Origin: Lingula anatina
Lineage: Eukaryota > Animalia > Brachiopoda
Direction of reading: 5' to 3'
Assembly (NCBI GenBank): GCA_051362555.1
Contig: CM120640.1
Location: forward strand, 58,506,788-58,570,787
Length of the DNA stretch: 64,000 nt
The notes beneath the pieces are model-generated. The model was not told the DNA's origin and made no database searches. It saw only the letters and a program-made list of their open reading frames with translations. The translations under genes were made by a program, and so were the position numbers. Below, piece by piece: positions 25,990-38,701 of this stretch (position 1 is the stretch's first letter; each line of letters begins with the position of its first letter).

Positions 25990-26636
25990 TTACACACTCA
26001 TCCATCACTGGTTTTGTTCTTTGATTTATCTACTACAAGTATAACGTTGTAAAAAAATTGTGATGATCTTCTGTATAGAGCAGTTCATTGTTTTTGAGCG
26101 ACTTTAGTTTGCTTGTCACTGAATATTAAAAAAACGGGGAAAATACACCCTACCGACAGTAAAATAAGCATTAAATAAACAATTTTTCCACTCGTTATCC
26201 AAATATCATATCAGAAACATCAAACTATCATGGAATCACAATATATTTTTCGGTCAGCAACAGAAAACACTGATTTCTATTGCACAGAGTACATGGACAA
26301 AATGAAATTATCTGATAATTTTTCTGGTGAATATACGTCACGTAGTATTAGCCATGACACAAAGCCCCTTGAGTTACAGTTAAAATATTTATAAAAACAT
26401 CCTTACGTCATGTATAATTTACCATGACTGAATCACTACCAAATATATCGGAACAGGGTATGAAAATTAAAATTAAATGATCCGGAACGCTACGTTACCG
26501 TTTCCATTTAGGGCTCTTTACATAATGTTAAGGCACGGTAAAAATCAAAATTGAGACAGTCGTGGATTTTTGTTCTATTCACATATATGTTTTTAAAATG
26601 ATATACAACTTTGAATTCATTCAATTTTTTCTTTTC

Positions 26637-26669
<33 letters not shown>

Positions 26670-27101
26670 TTTGACACTTTAGCATGTGAAATGCACTTCT
26701 GTATTGGGTTTGGTGTGTAGTGTAGCCAAGAACTGCATGAGTTTCTCTGGATATGTCTTCAGTCAAAATATTACTCTATGAAGTATCTATCGCAACTATT
26801 TTATCTAAATCTACCGTAAAATGCATGTCATTGTTACTTTATTTAATCAGTTTAACACAGTTCTAGTATTATCAACATTCCAATTAAGTAGGAAAATTCA
26901 TGGGATAACTCTTTATATGACAAACGTTGTAAACAACAAATGGAAAAAATAAAAAAGTCCATTTTGTCACCAAAATGGCGGTTATCGCAATTATTTTGAT
27001 ACATGCGCTTGCAATCGGACCACATGGACCTTCATAGATAATATAATAATAATAATAATCTTTATTGAAACATCGCAACCCGAAGGTTGAAGTTATACAG
27101 C

Positions 27102-27422
27102 TTTTATTTATCTATCTATTTATTTATTTTTTAAACATTTTTTTAAAGTCAGAGATGCCTGGTCTTTTTTGGCCCTGTTACACACTATATTCGTTCTCGC
27201 CTCCCTGGGGAGGATACAGCTCGGCTGCCATATTAGGCGCTCAAAGCTAACAAACTAACAACCATTTTTCCACTGCCAGACCAGGCCCCTGCTTCAACCC
27301 CTTAGTGCTGAGTGTCAAGCGGGGAGACAGCAGGTACCGTTTATAAAGGACTGGTATGTCCTCGGACGGGTTTGAACCCACGTCCTCCCGCTCCGGAGGC
27401 GAACACTCTAACCACAAGGCCG
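27102..27422 (-). mobile_element. tRNA-derived SINE
   Basis: Minus-strand head with A-box TGGTTAGAGTG (27404-27414) and B-box GGTTCAAACCC (27368-27378), followed by about 200 bp of non-tRNA body and an (AAAT/AGAT)n tail near 27102-27130. Confidence 0.75.
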
Positions 27423-28829
27423 GATGATGGCTAGCCTCCATAACAGTATCTTAAGCAATTATTGAAAAAAAAAAAAAAAAAAAGAGAACAGATTAATTAA
27501 CCATTGGTAAGTATGGGAACATCCTCTTTACTCCACATAAACCTATTTTATGGTACTTTTCCTGCCAACATGAAAGGTTTTTATCCATTTCAGAAAGGTT
27601 TCTCAGCTGAATCAGCTCAAGTCAGCTAAATGCTAGTTTTTGTTTTCTGCAATTTATGCAACACAAAAAGCAAAAAAGTAATATAAACATACTTTTTTAT
27701 ACTTTTTATTTGTCACACAGAAGACAAATGGCATTATAACCACTGTACAGCACTTATCAGTGCTTAATACATCACATGGCTGTTACCTGAAGGTAGCCTA
27801 ATCAATATAGAATGATAACAAGTATACAAAATGCATCTAGATAATGTTTACAAGTTATGTTTTCTAAAAATGTTCAATTAATTTGTGCTTCTATCAATAC
27901 GTCCTTAAAACACACTTGATTAGTACTACCCTGTGAGGAGCCTAACACTGTGAGGTAGACATACTAATACTGAAGCTAAAGAGCATGCTTTTATAATTTT
28001 TAATGATTGTTAAAACAGCTTCAAATGCACAAGTTGGGTAATAACACAAAATATCTGCTTTCAGACAAGTTCATACATATCTGAAGAATTTACAACCAGG
28101 TATCTAGCTCTTGGTCTGAGTCTCAGACTTAGTGCAGGCTTGCTTTTTCAATTTCAAATTCCCACAATATGCCTGCTACTGGAATGATTGGAGTGCACAT
28201 ATGGAGATCCAAAAATGAAGAAATGGCATGCATCTGATCTGAAGTTCAGAATACTAACCGTGCATATCAGGAAAAATTTTTATTTTCATTTTCTACACAA
28301 ATTATATAAAATGTAAGTATAAAAGAAAATGAAACAATTACTTCAAAGGCTATAATAAAAGATGGCTACTGTCATAATTTCCTTTTTTTTGTAGCTCCCA
28401 GTGTGGTCAAACACATGTTCCATCCTTTTTAATTATTGTTCATAGTTTAAAAATAGCATTTTACACAAAAGGAAAATTCAAGGAATGCACAAATCTTTTA
28501 ACAGAGTAAAGAAAATTATGGTACACACATTTGTAAGTATTTAAAATTGGAAATTGGTAAGCTGATGGCTTAGAAGAATAAGGAAAAAAGGAAGCTATAA
28601 AAACCCTTAATTGTATTATTCTGCATCAAAATGCTACATAACACCACTTTCAAAATTAAAAAAGAATAACATTGTGTTATATTCTGTCTAAAATATAAAA
28701 AACAATCTTGGATAGTACCTGATTAAATGTTCAGATAATATTTTACAACTTCATTATGTTTTCCATTATCTAATAACTACAGTTGTATGTAGTTCATACT
28801 CAAGTACACCTGAACAGCTGACCCATAAT

Positions 28830-31800
28830 TTATGCAATACCAAGCAGTGATAAGGCAAGATGAACAGTACAACCCAGAAGTGCCAACAATCCAATGTAAC
28901 CAATTGCTCCACGGCTTCTCTTTGCTGGATCTAAAAAAAAAAGGGGGGGGGGGGGAACATAAGAAAATTAATATACATATTTGTTCTGTACAGAGGTATT
29001 TGTGTCATTTTTTACTGTTTAACAAATTAAACAATATAAAAAATATATATTGGTATAAAGTAACATCTTCCTTGTGAACTGTTACATGTGCTGTTTCATG
29101 ACACATTTTCATTATGATTACAAAAGCACTTCCTACCCCCAGTATAGTATCCCAAGGCATACAACACTCTGCCAACAATCCAGATGGACCCTGCAGCTGC
29201 AGCAATAACCTAAAATGGAAAAATAGATTTCTTGAATATATTTACAGAACTTAAAAAAATCAAACATATGAGCACAAAGGGCATGTCATGGGGTATTTCT
29301 ATAAATCCTACTATCATAATAAAGATATTAATTCAGGTTCATTTTAAAACGCAGATGCAATAAGAAGGGAGCAATGGATATTGATTTCAAATGGTTTTTC
29401 TTTGAAAATCATATCATACATATATCATACTTACATTTTTTATCAGAGGAAAAAATTCTTGTTACATAAAAAAATAAATAATAAATAAAAACTGACAGGA
29501 GCCCAACTAACTTTTCAAAACTTTCAGATAATCTTTTTCTTGAATAATTCAAAACAACATAAATGTTTTGGGAAATTGGTTCACCAATTGTAGTTGATGA
29601 GTGCGCGCACACACACATGCATGATCAAATAGCAATGGTGCAGTATAGGACTTATTTTGTTTCTCATATGATATTCTAAACATTCACGGCTTAATTTTAA
29701 CTTACTGGTTGTTTAATGCCTCCCAGGAGCAGTAACACCAGTACATAGGGATAACTCTCTAACCTGAAATAAACATAGATATCTTGTCTCAATCATCTAA
29801 TCAAGTTTTGAAATACTGTGCCTTAAATATAGATATTTACATGTACTAAAAACTAGTTGAAAATTGGAAATTTAATTTTTTTCAGGTAAAAATTCAGAAT
29901 GTTAAACCAAATTTGTAGACTGAAGTTTTTATGTATTCTTAGAACCTCTTGTACTTGTATTGCATAACAGTAAATGCCTACATGTTCTGGTGTGCCCTTT
30001 GAATGCAGTTAAACTTCTGGTCTCTGTCACTGTACATCTGTGGAAGCTGAAAGAGGTAAAAAATTATAGGTTTAATATGACATTTCATTTTGCTTGTGAC
30101 ATTATTTACCCCCATGGTTGGTATCAATACCCTGAGTTGTGGAGGAATCTGGACATTCATCTCTCTGCATTCATCATGCCTGACCAGACAAGTTCCATTG
30201 AATGAATTAATTTGCTCTAGTTAAAAGTATATTACACCAAGGAGTTATAACAGAAGGAGATTACACGCAAGCCTTTCTATTGTCAGATGTCTGTTACGGT
30301 GGGCGGAGCTAGCTACGGGGGGCCTCCGGTGGTCAGCACTAGATCATATACGGCAGCGGGACGGAAGTGAGTAATCCAACATGGCGGCCCCCAGCGCCGC
30401 CGCAATCGGCAATCCTCGGCTCATTCCGCAAGCTCCATACTAACCATACTTATTGTCGAGTGCGGAGACATCCGAGTAGCTCCGAGTGGCGCCGCCGAGA
30501 TGTAGTTTTACAGCAAAATATCTAGGAAAATATACATGTATGCTATATCCCTAGGGATTCTTTATTGATACACCTTCACAAATAAGGTACAATCAAAGAC
30601 AGTACTGTACATCTAACTATAGCAGAGTACAAACAAGTAAATGAATAAATATACATGATTTTGATGCGATATAGATGAATACGTGTTTAAAAATGGGCCA
30701 AAGTACAATCATAGAGGTAAAACAGACAACTCCAGCTACAGATACGTAAATTTGCAGGACGTGGAAACGCATTTAGACCCAATTAGATAAATGTATAATA
30801 ATACTAATAAATGAGTTTATAAAGTGATATATATAAAATGTGTAATGATAATCTACAGGCGATAAGAGAGGGTTTGTTCCCATTGTTGGAAGCATCTATT
30901 TACAAAACGCATAACCATTCTAAGAAATATTTAAGTCTTGAGCACCCATAAGAAAATTATACAGTTCATTAAAGCTGAAGTCGCCTAGGGGTAGGAACTC
31001 TGACAGCTGCCCTCTGAAGGGATCACGTATTGAATCATATGCTTTGCACTCTAGCAGGAGGTGGAACTCATCTACTTTATTCAAATCGCAAAGTTTACAA
31101 AATCCCAGGTATAATACGATTAAAAAATAAAAAGATAAATTAAAAATTAAATAAAAATTATATGCTATATTCCTAGTTATTATACGATTAAAAAAAACAA
31201 TTGAACTGTGTTTTGATCGGCACTACAACATTCGACTATCAGCCTTAGCATCTCGTCGCTAGGGACCGCCATGTTGGATTACTCACTTCCGTCCCGCTGC
31301 CGTATATGATCTAGTGCTGACCGGCCTTCCGGTCTCAAGGTTTCGTCTGCGTCGCTCTCCTCAGCTTGGAGATAAATTTCATATGCGTTATTTCGCGTTA
31401 GAATTTGAGATCAGTAATGTCAAAGCGCCGTTGTATGCTGACGATTTTTTTCACAGGTAATTATTTGGACGATGTGCTGGAAGGGAACGATATTATAGAA
31501 AGCGATTATAAGGTGATGACTGAGGATGGTCGCCATGAGCTTTTTTTAGTCGGTGATAGATGGCTTTTTTATGGCACAACCCGGTGAAAAATCACCAAGG
31601 AGAAGTCAAAAGAAAACGTCCCAACTGTGGTTTGTGAAAATGACGTTCAAGTGAACGTCTGTCCTCACTGCCAAAGGACATAATATTAATACATTAACGT
31701 TTGGACCCACCTGCCCTTGGGTCCCATAAACATATACATTGTGACAGTGCCTACGCTTTGTGTCTGGTTTTAAATTTCTTAAAGTATTTTTTCTCTCACT

Positions 31801-34800
31801 CGGTATAATTTTAATATTATAATGCATTAAAATTTTAATCCAAGGTTGAGGCAATGCCACGACACGTCAGTTTACTGAATACTCGTTATAAATTTCTTTA
31901 TCTTGGAAATTTCCCTTTTTTTCAGGATTATTTGACACGTACTAACACTGTTCATATTTGTCGGTAAACAAGTGCACAGTGCTATACATTAAGAATAATT
32001 TTTATTCATTCATAAATATATTTATGTACAAAATATATCAGAAATTTTAGTATTCACTGAGCTCTTTAAAGTGAAACAAATAAAGATGAGAATATTGAAT
32101 TTCAAACTATTATTTACTATATTAACTTAAAATATCTTTTAAGTCAACTCTATACTCAAGCACTCTATACTCTATACTCATGAAAGTAGCATCTGTGAGT
32201 AAAACCATTTTATTATATCAATAGAAGAACTAAAACAAAAATTTTACACATAAGCAGTAATAAATGAAGTCATAAGAATGATTAAGTTGCTACAGTTTTC
32301 CAGTTTTATGCAGTCTATGATGGCATTTTTTTCAACTGATACCAGTCTGTGCCAGATACTATTCCACTTACAGGCCAGCAAGGTCTGAGAATCTAATGGG
32401 CCGAATGAAAAAAAAAATCCTAGAAGATAAAGTGGTTAATTCTTACAAATAGGATGAAAAACATGGGATTTTCAAAAGGTTATTATAGATCAAGACAACA
32501 CTTAGTAAGAACATTTATAAAATGTAACAGCTGAAAAAATTAACTGGTAAGTAAGCAGTAAGTGACTGCTTTAAAGACATTTCACTGAAACAGAAATTTC
32601 ACTGGCAATCAGGTAGACTGTTATACCATGGCACTCAACAATTTATATATAGGTTTTGAATTTTTTTCCACGTAACAGTAACATAAAATTTATGTCCACT
32701 TTTGCAATGTATAGAGTCAGTTAGGTGACTGAAAATATTTTAAAATGTCATAAAGGAGCACTATTAATTTAATGCAATCTCTGTTGGCCAGTCTTATCCA
32801 GTTTCTTCTACAAAAAGGACAACTCAAGTGAGAATTTCTTCAGGGCCTTTTCTTCTGCCTTGCTAATGCCATGCCACTCAGAAAAGAGAGAAACCTGTAG
32901 GTTAGAAAAAAAAACACATAATAATAGCATTATGAACTACTAGTATCCATGTAGACATTATGGAATTATGCAGTGAAGTTTAATGTGTCTTGTTATGACT
33001 TGACTGAAATAATGTTCACCACATAAATGAACAATTTACAACTAAATTTATATAGAACATCAAGATTCATGACCACAAGCTAATAACCCCAAGAAATTGA
33101 AAGAAATTGTACTTATTACAAGAAATTATTTAAATCCGCCCTGGTCCCTACTCTTCTGACAGGACAAAAAGGGATTTCAGAGGCTGGTTGCTAAAAGGAA
33201 AATGCCCAAGGTTGTTGTATTTTGAAAAAAAATTAAAAAGGGTACTGTTGTTAGTGAATGTTTAATGCATCTTAGGCATTATGACAAAAGTAACTTACCC
33301 CAGACACACTGACCTCCTTTTTTCATTGACATATTTTAATTTTTTCCAGCCTGACCATAATTCATATATTCAATGCAGCCTTCTCCCATATCTATAATAG
33401 AAAAAAAAACTTGAGTAGTGTTAAGATATGCATGTCAAATTCATTATCAATTTTGAGAGAATTTCTGTTTCAACACTACAAGATGAAATATTTAATTTCA
33501 AGTAATGAATAAACCTTAATAGAGTTCTATTCTTTTGTAACCACCAAGGCAAAGCTTCTTTCTTAAAATGAACTGAAACATCCAAGCTTGCCACCTAACA
33601 TGCCAAAGTAGTGAAGTATAATTTAAGTAGAGAAGCAAGTACCCCTTAATTATAGAGGTGTCTTACACAATAAGGTGTGTCTTACACACCTCGACTCAAA
33701 GAGAGATGTGTAGTGAGATAACAGGTAAAGTAATTGGTGGAGCCTAGGTGAACTTAAAACCTTAAGACTTTAAATTAAGAAGCACCAGGATTCATGTGTG
33801 TTCTTTTTTCAAAGGTTTAATATGAATTAAAACATATATATGTAAAAAGAAGACTAAATAAGTTAAAAATAACTATACCAAAGACACTGTGAAGTCAAAC
33901 TTCCTGATGGAAAATGCTGGGTGGAGGCAAAATTTTCCAGTCAAAAAAACTAAGCACTTTACTTTAACAACAAAGTTACCACTCCAAAGCCACCCACCAT
34001 GGTGAGAAGAAAAATGATGACCAACTGTCATGATAAGTCTTTTTAGATTTAGACATGAAAAAGGTAAAGGCCAAAATGGTACATTTACCCATAACACTAG
34101 AGTAAAAAATTGGTATTCTGAACAAATCGGGTTATTTTTTTCAAGAAATATTGGAGCAGTATCCATGCAATATATACCACGCCACGACCAAGATGTTCAA
34201 GAATCCAAACACACCAAATTTTTTTATAATCTTGCATTTGAAAAGTACAAAAAGCGGTAAGGCTTTTGGACGTAACAAGCGTAACACTTTTTGATCGGAA
34301 CTCATGAAAATTGTCAATTGTCGTATCCAAGCTAGACCACATGTAAAATCGCAAAAAAAACAATACTGCTCAAGCAAGTGTGTTGCACACATAACAATTA
34401 ATTAAATTTTATGACTGTCATGTGACACAAGTTTCAAAAAGGAGGAGGAAAATGTCTTTTGGAGTAATTTTTTTTCGAAATATTAACAAGATGGCGGCTT
34501 AAGCATCTGCTTGTTATTCGGCTACTGAAAGTGCACCTAAGTTTTATTCTTTGCTATTGCCACAAATTACTTAACAATTGCAACTGTATAAAGACCAAAC
34601 TTTCTTCATCTGATACTATATTTATAGGCACTTGTTATGAGTGGGAAATATTTTTCGTGCAATATTTATTCTCCACACACCCCCTCGCGAGATCAATGTG
34701 TAGCTGGACACTTACACAGTGAGACCCTACGACATAAAAGTTGCAATTTATCTTCATATTTCGTGTAGTTATGCATTTAAAAGCACTTACCTGTTTTTTG

Positions 34801-36103
34801 AAAACCTTGTCCAACGTAATATCATATAAATTCTGTATTTCTCTCATTTTTTAGAAACTTGGGACTCCGTTTCTGTTTCTGTCCTCAAAAATCAACAGAC
34901 GAAGGCACAGATACTAACAAACGAGATTTAAACGAGAGTAGCAATTAAGCGTAACAGAGATAGGCATCCATTGTTCTCTGGGTTCTATTCATTCCGACCA
35001 ATGAGAGACCGTAATACTGCTCCGCCCCCACGCGTGTAATCTCCTTCTGTTATAACTCCTTGATTACACACATCTGAAAATGTCACTTAAAAATTATTCT
35101 ATGTCTAACAATCCTGAAAATTAATTGTATTCCCCAATTAAGGCCTTAACAATGATAACTTCCCTCAAATAACCACCACTCATCTAAACCTACGTTATTT
35201 AATTAGAAATAAAACATAACAGAAAATCCAAGTAATGGGATGGGTCTAGGAATTATTTTTGAGTAGGAGAACATTGCTTCTTTCTCGCGAGAAAACTAGA
35301 TTTGGTATTAAAATCCTGTACAAAAAATCTTTAAATGAAATGTAAGGCAGCATGCAGAACTTTTGGAGTTGGGGGGAGGGGGTTAGGGGGAAGTGTGAGG
35401 AGTGTACAGTAAAATAAATGAGTCAAAAAACATTACAGATCATAGCCAGTACATGTACATGCAGCCAAGGACTGGGTTCCCATCCCTAGATCGATCTAAC
35501 AGGAACGGTCCATCTTCTCGCTAAATTGCTTTCAGCTAAAGTGGCTTAGATGTCTGGGACGCCTACTAAAGCTGCTAAACAATAACTAATTACTCAATAT
35601 CAGCTTCAGTAGGTATGGCGGACATCTAAGCCGCTTAAGTTAACTGCAATTAAGCGAGAATCCCCTTGGAGATAGTTGGATCCAAAGTTAGTATGACAGT
35701 CTCTGGGAATGGTATCGAGGATCCAACAATATACTGGTTCCTTAGCACTGCAGTGCCAGTGGGGCGTTGGTAGAAGATAAATTGATACTACATGTATATG
35801 CAGTTAGTTACAAAGAAATTGCCCAACATAATTGAAATCAAGAGCAATAGGTAAAAAAATCACTATTATATTATCTATTTTATTCAACTAGTTTATTATT
35901 ATTACCATTATTTTCAATCGCAATATAAAAAGCAAGGGGTTTTGTCAAACTAGCAAAATAAAATTGTTTACGATACTCACAGGTACTTCGTGTTTTTTCC
36001 TCGCTTTGCCAACGTTAATTCCAAGCCAAAAGTTCAGGAAAATTGTTGCAACAAATACTAAAATAACGTATCCATACTCTGGTGAAATTTCAACTGAAAC
36101 CAT
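28830..36103 (-). CDS. MGST3: Microsomal glutathione S-transferase 3 (MAPEG family), 139 aa
   Basis: Exons 35981-36103, 29982-30046, 29706-29763, 29137-29209, 28830-28930. Translation MVSVEISPEYGYVIL...VGKARKKHEVPLPQMYS...FNCIQRAHQNMLESYP...WIVGRVLYALGYYTGDPAKRSRGA carries the MGST3 signatures. Confidence 0.95.
30331..31322. mobile_element. Nested 992-bp element with perfect 57-bp TIRs (Mutator/MULE-like)
   Basis: ggtcagcactagatc...aacatggcgg at 30331-30387 and its exact reverse complement at 31266-31322. Flanked by ggcctccggt and ggccttccggt, a 10-11 bp near-perfect TSD. Confidence 0.8.
30558..31108 (-). mobile_element. 5'-truncated LINE 3' end (ORF2 C-terminal Zn-knuckle, 3'UTR, AATAAA) inside the MULE-like element
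   Basis: Minus strand reads FCKLCDLNKVDEFHLLLECKAYDSIRD... and, after a frameshift, ...LRMVMRFVNRCFQQWEQTLSYRL*. AATAAA near 30560. Confidence 0.75.
31457..31683 (+). pseudogene. Decayed exon of an unknown cargo gene in the 4.8 kb element
   Basis: Strong acceptor ttttttttcacAG. Frame NYLDDVLEGNDIIESDYKVMTEDGRHELFLVGDRWLFYGTTR*KITKEKSKENVPTVVCENDVQVNVCPHCQRT* has a single internal TGA. Confidence 0.4.
32769..34967 (-). pseudogene. Decayed three-exon cargo gene of unknown function in the 4.8 kb element
   Basis: Segments 34791-34967, 33299-33391 and 32769-32894 are joined by GTAAGT donors and pyrimidine-AG acceptors, all phase 0. There are no frameshifts but five internal stops. Confidence 0.45.
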
Positions 36104-36442
36104 TTTGTTTGAAAAGAAACCTTGTTTAGCAAAACTTTGTTCTTGCCCTCACGAGCCGGGATGACGCGACGCTTTAGTAAATGGGTCAACGAGCTAGTGT
36201 ACACAACAGCCGTACGATGGAGTGCTTATAACAAGACGCACCCTGATATTCAACGGTAATTTATCAAAATTAATGTATGCGTAATTGAAATTTAAAGTCT
36301 GATTGTCATAAAATGTATTTAATTCCTCGGTGATACCAAAATATCATCATATGGCATTACTTCAACACAAGTCTATCTTGGATATTTTGTCTCGTCCCTC
36401 CACGCTAATTTCACGAGATTTAGCCACGTATTCTGCCGGTAG
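36104..36442. promoter_or_regulatory. Bidirectional promoter region MGST3/COPB1, including a predicted non-coding COPB1 exon 1
   Basis: MGST3 ATG at 36103 (-) and a strong donor AG|GTAAGT at 36443 (+) are 340 bp apart in a locally CpG-rich patch. TGACG at 36162, GCCACGT at 36423-36429. Confidence 0.6.
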
Positions 36443-38043
36443 GTAAGTAATGCAGGCAGCTTTATAAAGTATCGCTTTATTGCTACTGATTTTATGATTT
36501 TTATATTATATTCTTGTGAATAATATAAAGATATAAAAATACATATATACTTACATAATTAAACACTATACGATGATCGTTGTTTTTGGACGTAAGTTCA
36601 CCCTCCCAGCTCCTGTAACCTAATATAAGATGTCGGTCGACTTAGCCTTAGTCTGTAAGGGTCTCTACTTGTCTCGTGTTAGACAGCCGGGACAGCCGTT
36701 TTAGATCTAGCCTTAGCTACATAAGACGGCTGGTCCGGGCACCAAATCTTTTTTTCTTTCTTATGGTATATCAGAAAAATATTAGAATGTGCCAAATATA
36801 AACACAAGTTTTATCTTCTGAAAGGTCTTTTTATCCAGAATATTATACTTTTGGAATTTTGATATTATCTCTAAATTAATAGAAATATCACAGTTTTTTA
36901 AATAGCAACATTAGAGCAAATGTGTCCTTCCATTTTAGCCATAAAGCTGTGACCACTGAGCACTTTTGTGCTACTTTAGAAACATACGTTTTCTTAATCT
37001 ATTTTCATGGGCTTTGTTGCATAAGATCACAAATGTTCTATACTTTCACAAAGTATAAAAAAATTAGGTGAAGAGAAATTTTTGTATAGGTTGTTAAACG
37101 AGGTGCCTCAGTGGTTGCTGGTCACAGGCAAGCAGGCCAGTGATGATGCAGGACAAGATTGGCTGTGGCGCCTCTAGTGCATTCTGATATACCTACTTAA
37201 ATGAGTGTCATAACTGGTAAACTAACTTCCCTGTATATTTCAGTTCATCAATATTTCTCAAGTCAGTAATTTTTCTTTTCATTGAAACCAGTGAATTCTG
37301 AAACAAGGCAAACATAAATTTTGCTGAGCTTACAGCCAGAAAAAAGGTAAGAAATCCAAAATTAACTATCATTATCAAGTGACAATGTGCTAAGTGGTAT
37401 ATATGGAAATGAATTCATAATGATAATTAATAAAGATGCCAACCTATATTGTCATAATAGCATTGTAACACAAGTGCAAACATTAAAAAAACTGGTTGAA
37501 ATATTGGTTTTTAGTTCAGGAGAAAATTATTGTACATTCTTACTATTTTTTAAAAGGTTTTTAATAGGGGTCAGTAGAATTGCAATTTGCCAAACCAAAT
37601 CATAAGGCTAAAAGCTGGCTCTGACAGGAGTCAGTCATGTACATGATATTTCAGGATAACTATTTGTGGTTGTTTGTATCCTTGTTGGATGTTTTTCAAA
37701 GAGACCCTATTTGATTGGAAAATGATAAATTTATACATATTGTTAGGCCTTTCCCCTTGGTTATGTAGCCAAGGGTTACCCCATTTAAGGTGAATGAAAA
37801 GAGAAGAGTAGTAACTGTACACGCATAATTTTTGGTTTTGTTTGTTGGATGGATAAAAAAATGCACCAAATTTGATATATTAATAACTCATTATTGGTTA
37901 TGTAGACTTTATTAAAATTCATCACAAACCTAACCACTTTTGACACATGAAAGTTATCACTCATGAGTGGAAACTTTCATGTAAAGTTAAACTTGATTGC
38001 AAATCGGATATTGTTCATCGAGAGAGGACTGGACAGCTGCTTA

Positions 38044-38282
38044 GGCCCCATTCCCATAGATGGCATTGGTCTAAGTAGATCAATCCAACTCTGTAGAGAC
38101 TCTTGCAATCAGTTAAAAAGATAAACAGGTGACCTCTTGGTGGTAAGTAGAATACAGAAAAGTTTGTGATTATTCAAGTATGTTGGAAACAAGAAGAGGC
38201 GTTCATTTAAGTTGATTGCACTCATCGAGAGCTGGATTGATCTACATAGACCTACTAGTATGGTGTCTGTGGGAATGGGGTT
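38044..38282. mobile_element. MITE with TTA TSD (PIF/Harbinger-like)
   Basis: Termini ggccccattcccataga and tctgtgggaatggggtt, with TTA at 38041-38043 and 38283-38285. Confidence 0.7.
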
Positions 38283-38701
38283 TTAGCCTCTAAGATGACC
38301 TTAATGGCATGCAATACAGTTATGTTTTCTAGATAGAGGCCAGGCCCATAGCTGGGGAGGGGGGGGGGGTCGAGGGGTTAATCTACATTCATGAAGATTT
38401 TATGGTAAAAGGTCCATTTTTTTTCAGAAAAAGAACCCCCTTTTTGAAATTGCTGGCTAAAGGCCTGGAGGCTATGGTGGTTTGGGTGGAGCCATCATCC
38501 AAGAGACTGCAAAATGCTTTTCCGTAGTGCAGATTCAAACTATCACTAAAATGTATTCTAATGCTTAGTAAGACAGTTTTATAGGTTCAAAAGATGAATA
38601 TTGTAGCAGCTATTTTGGATGGAACTGTAGTACAACATGTATAAGATGAACAATTATTACTTTACAAGTCAGATAATGGATATGTTCTCTTTGCAGTCAC
38701 T

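Larger units (their letters stand above)
30238..35062. mobile_element. 4.8 kb non-autonomous DNA transposon with perfect 31-bp TIRs and 7-bp TSD (P-element-like ends), in MGST3 intron 1
   Basis: TIR CAAGGAGTTATAACAGAAGGAGATTACACGC at 30238-30268 and its exact reverse complement at 35032-35062. ATTACAC flanks both ends (30231-30237, 35063-35069). The superfamily call is inference from the CAAGG ends and TSD length. Confidence 0.85.

Noticed and set aside
27350-27422. tRNA gene
   Set aside because: A and B boxes are present, but there is no convincing acceptor stem and the sequence continues into a SINE body and simple-repeat tail.
30238-35062. Autonomous P-element transposase
   Set aside because: No THAP zinc finger, DDE motif or long ORF was found in any frame.
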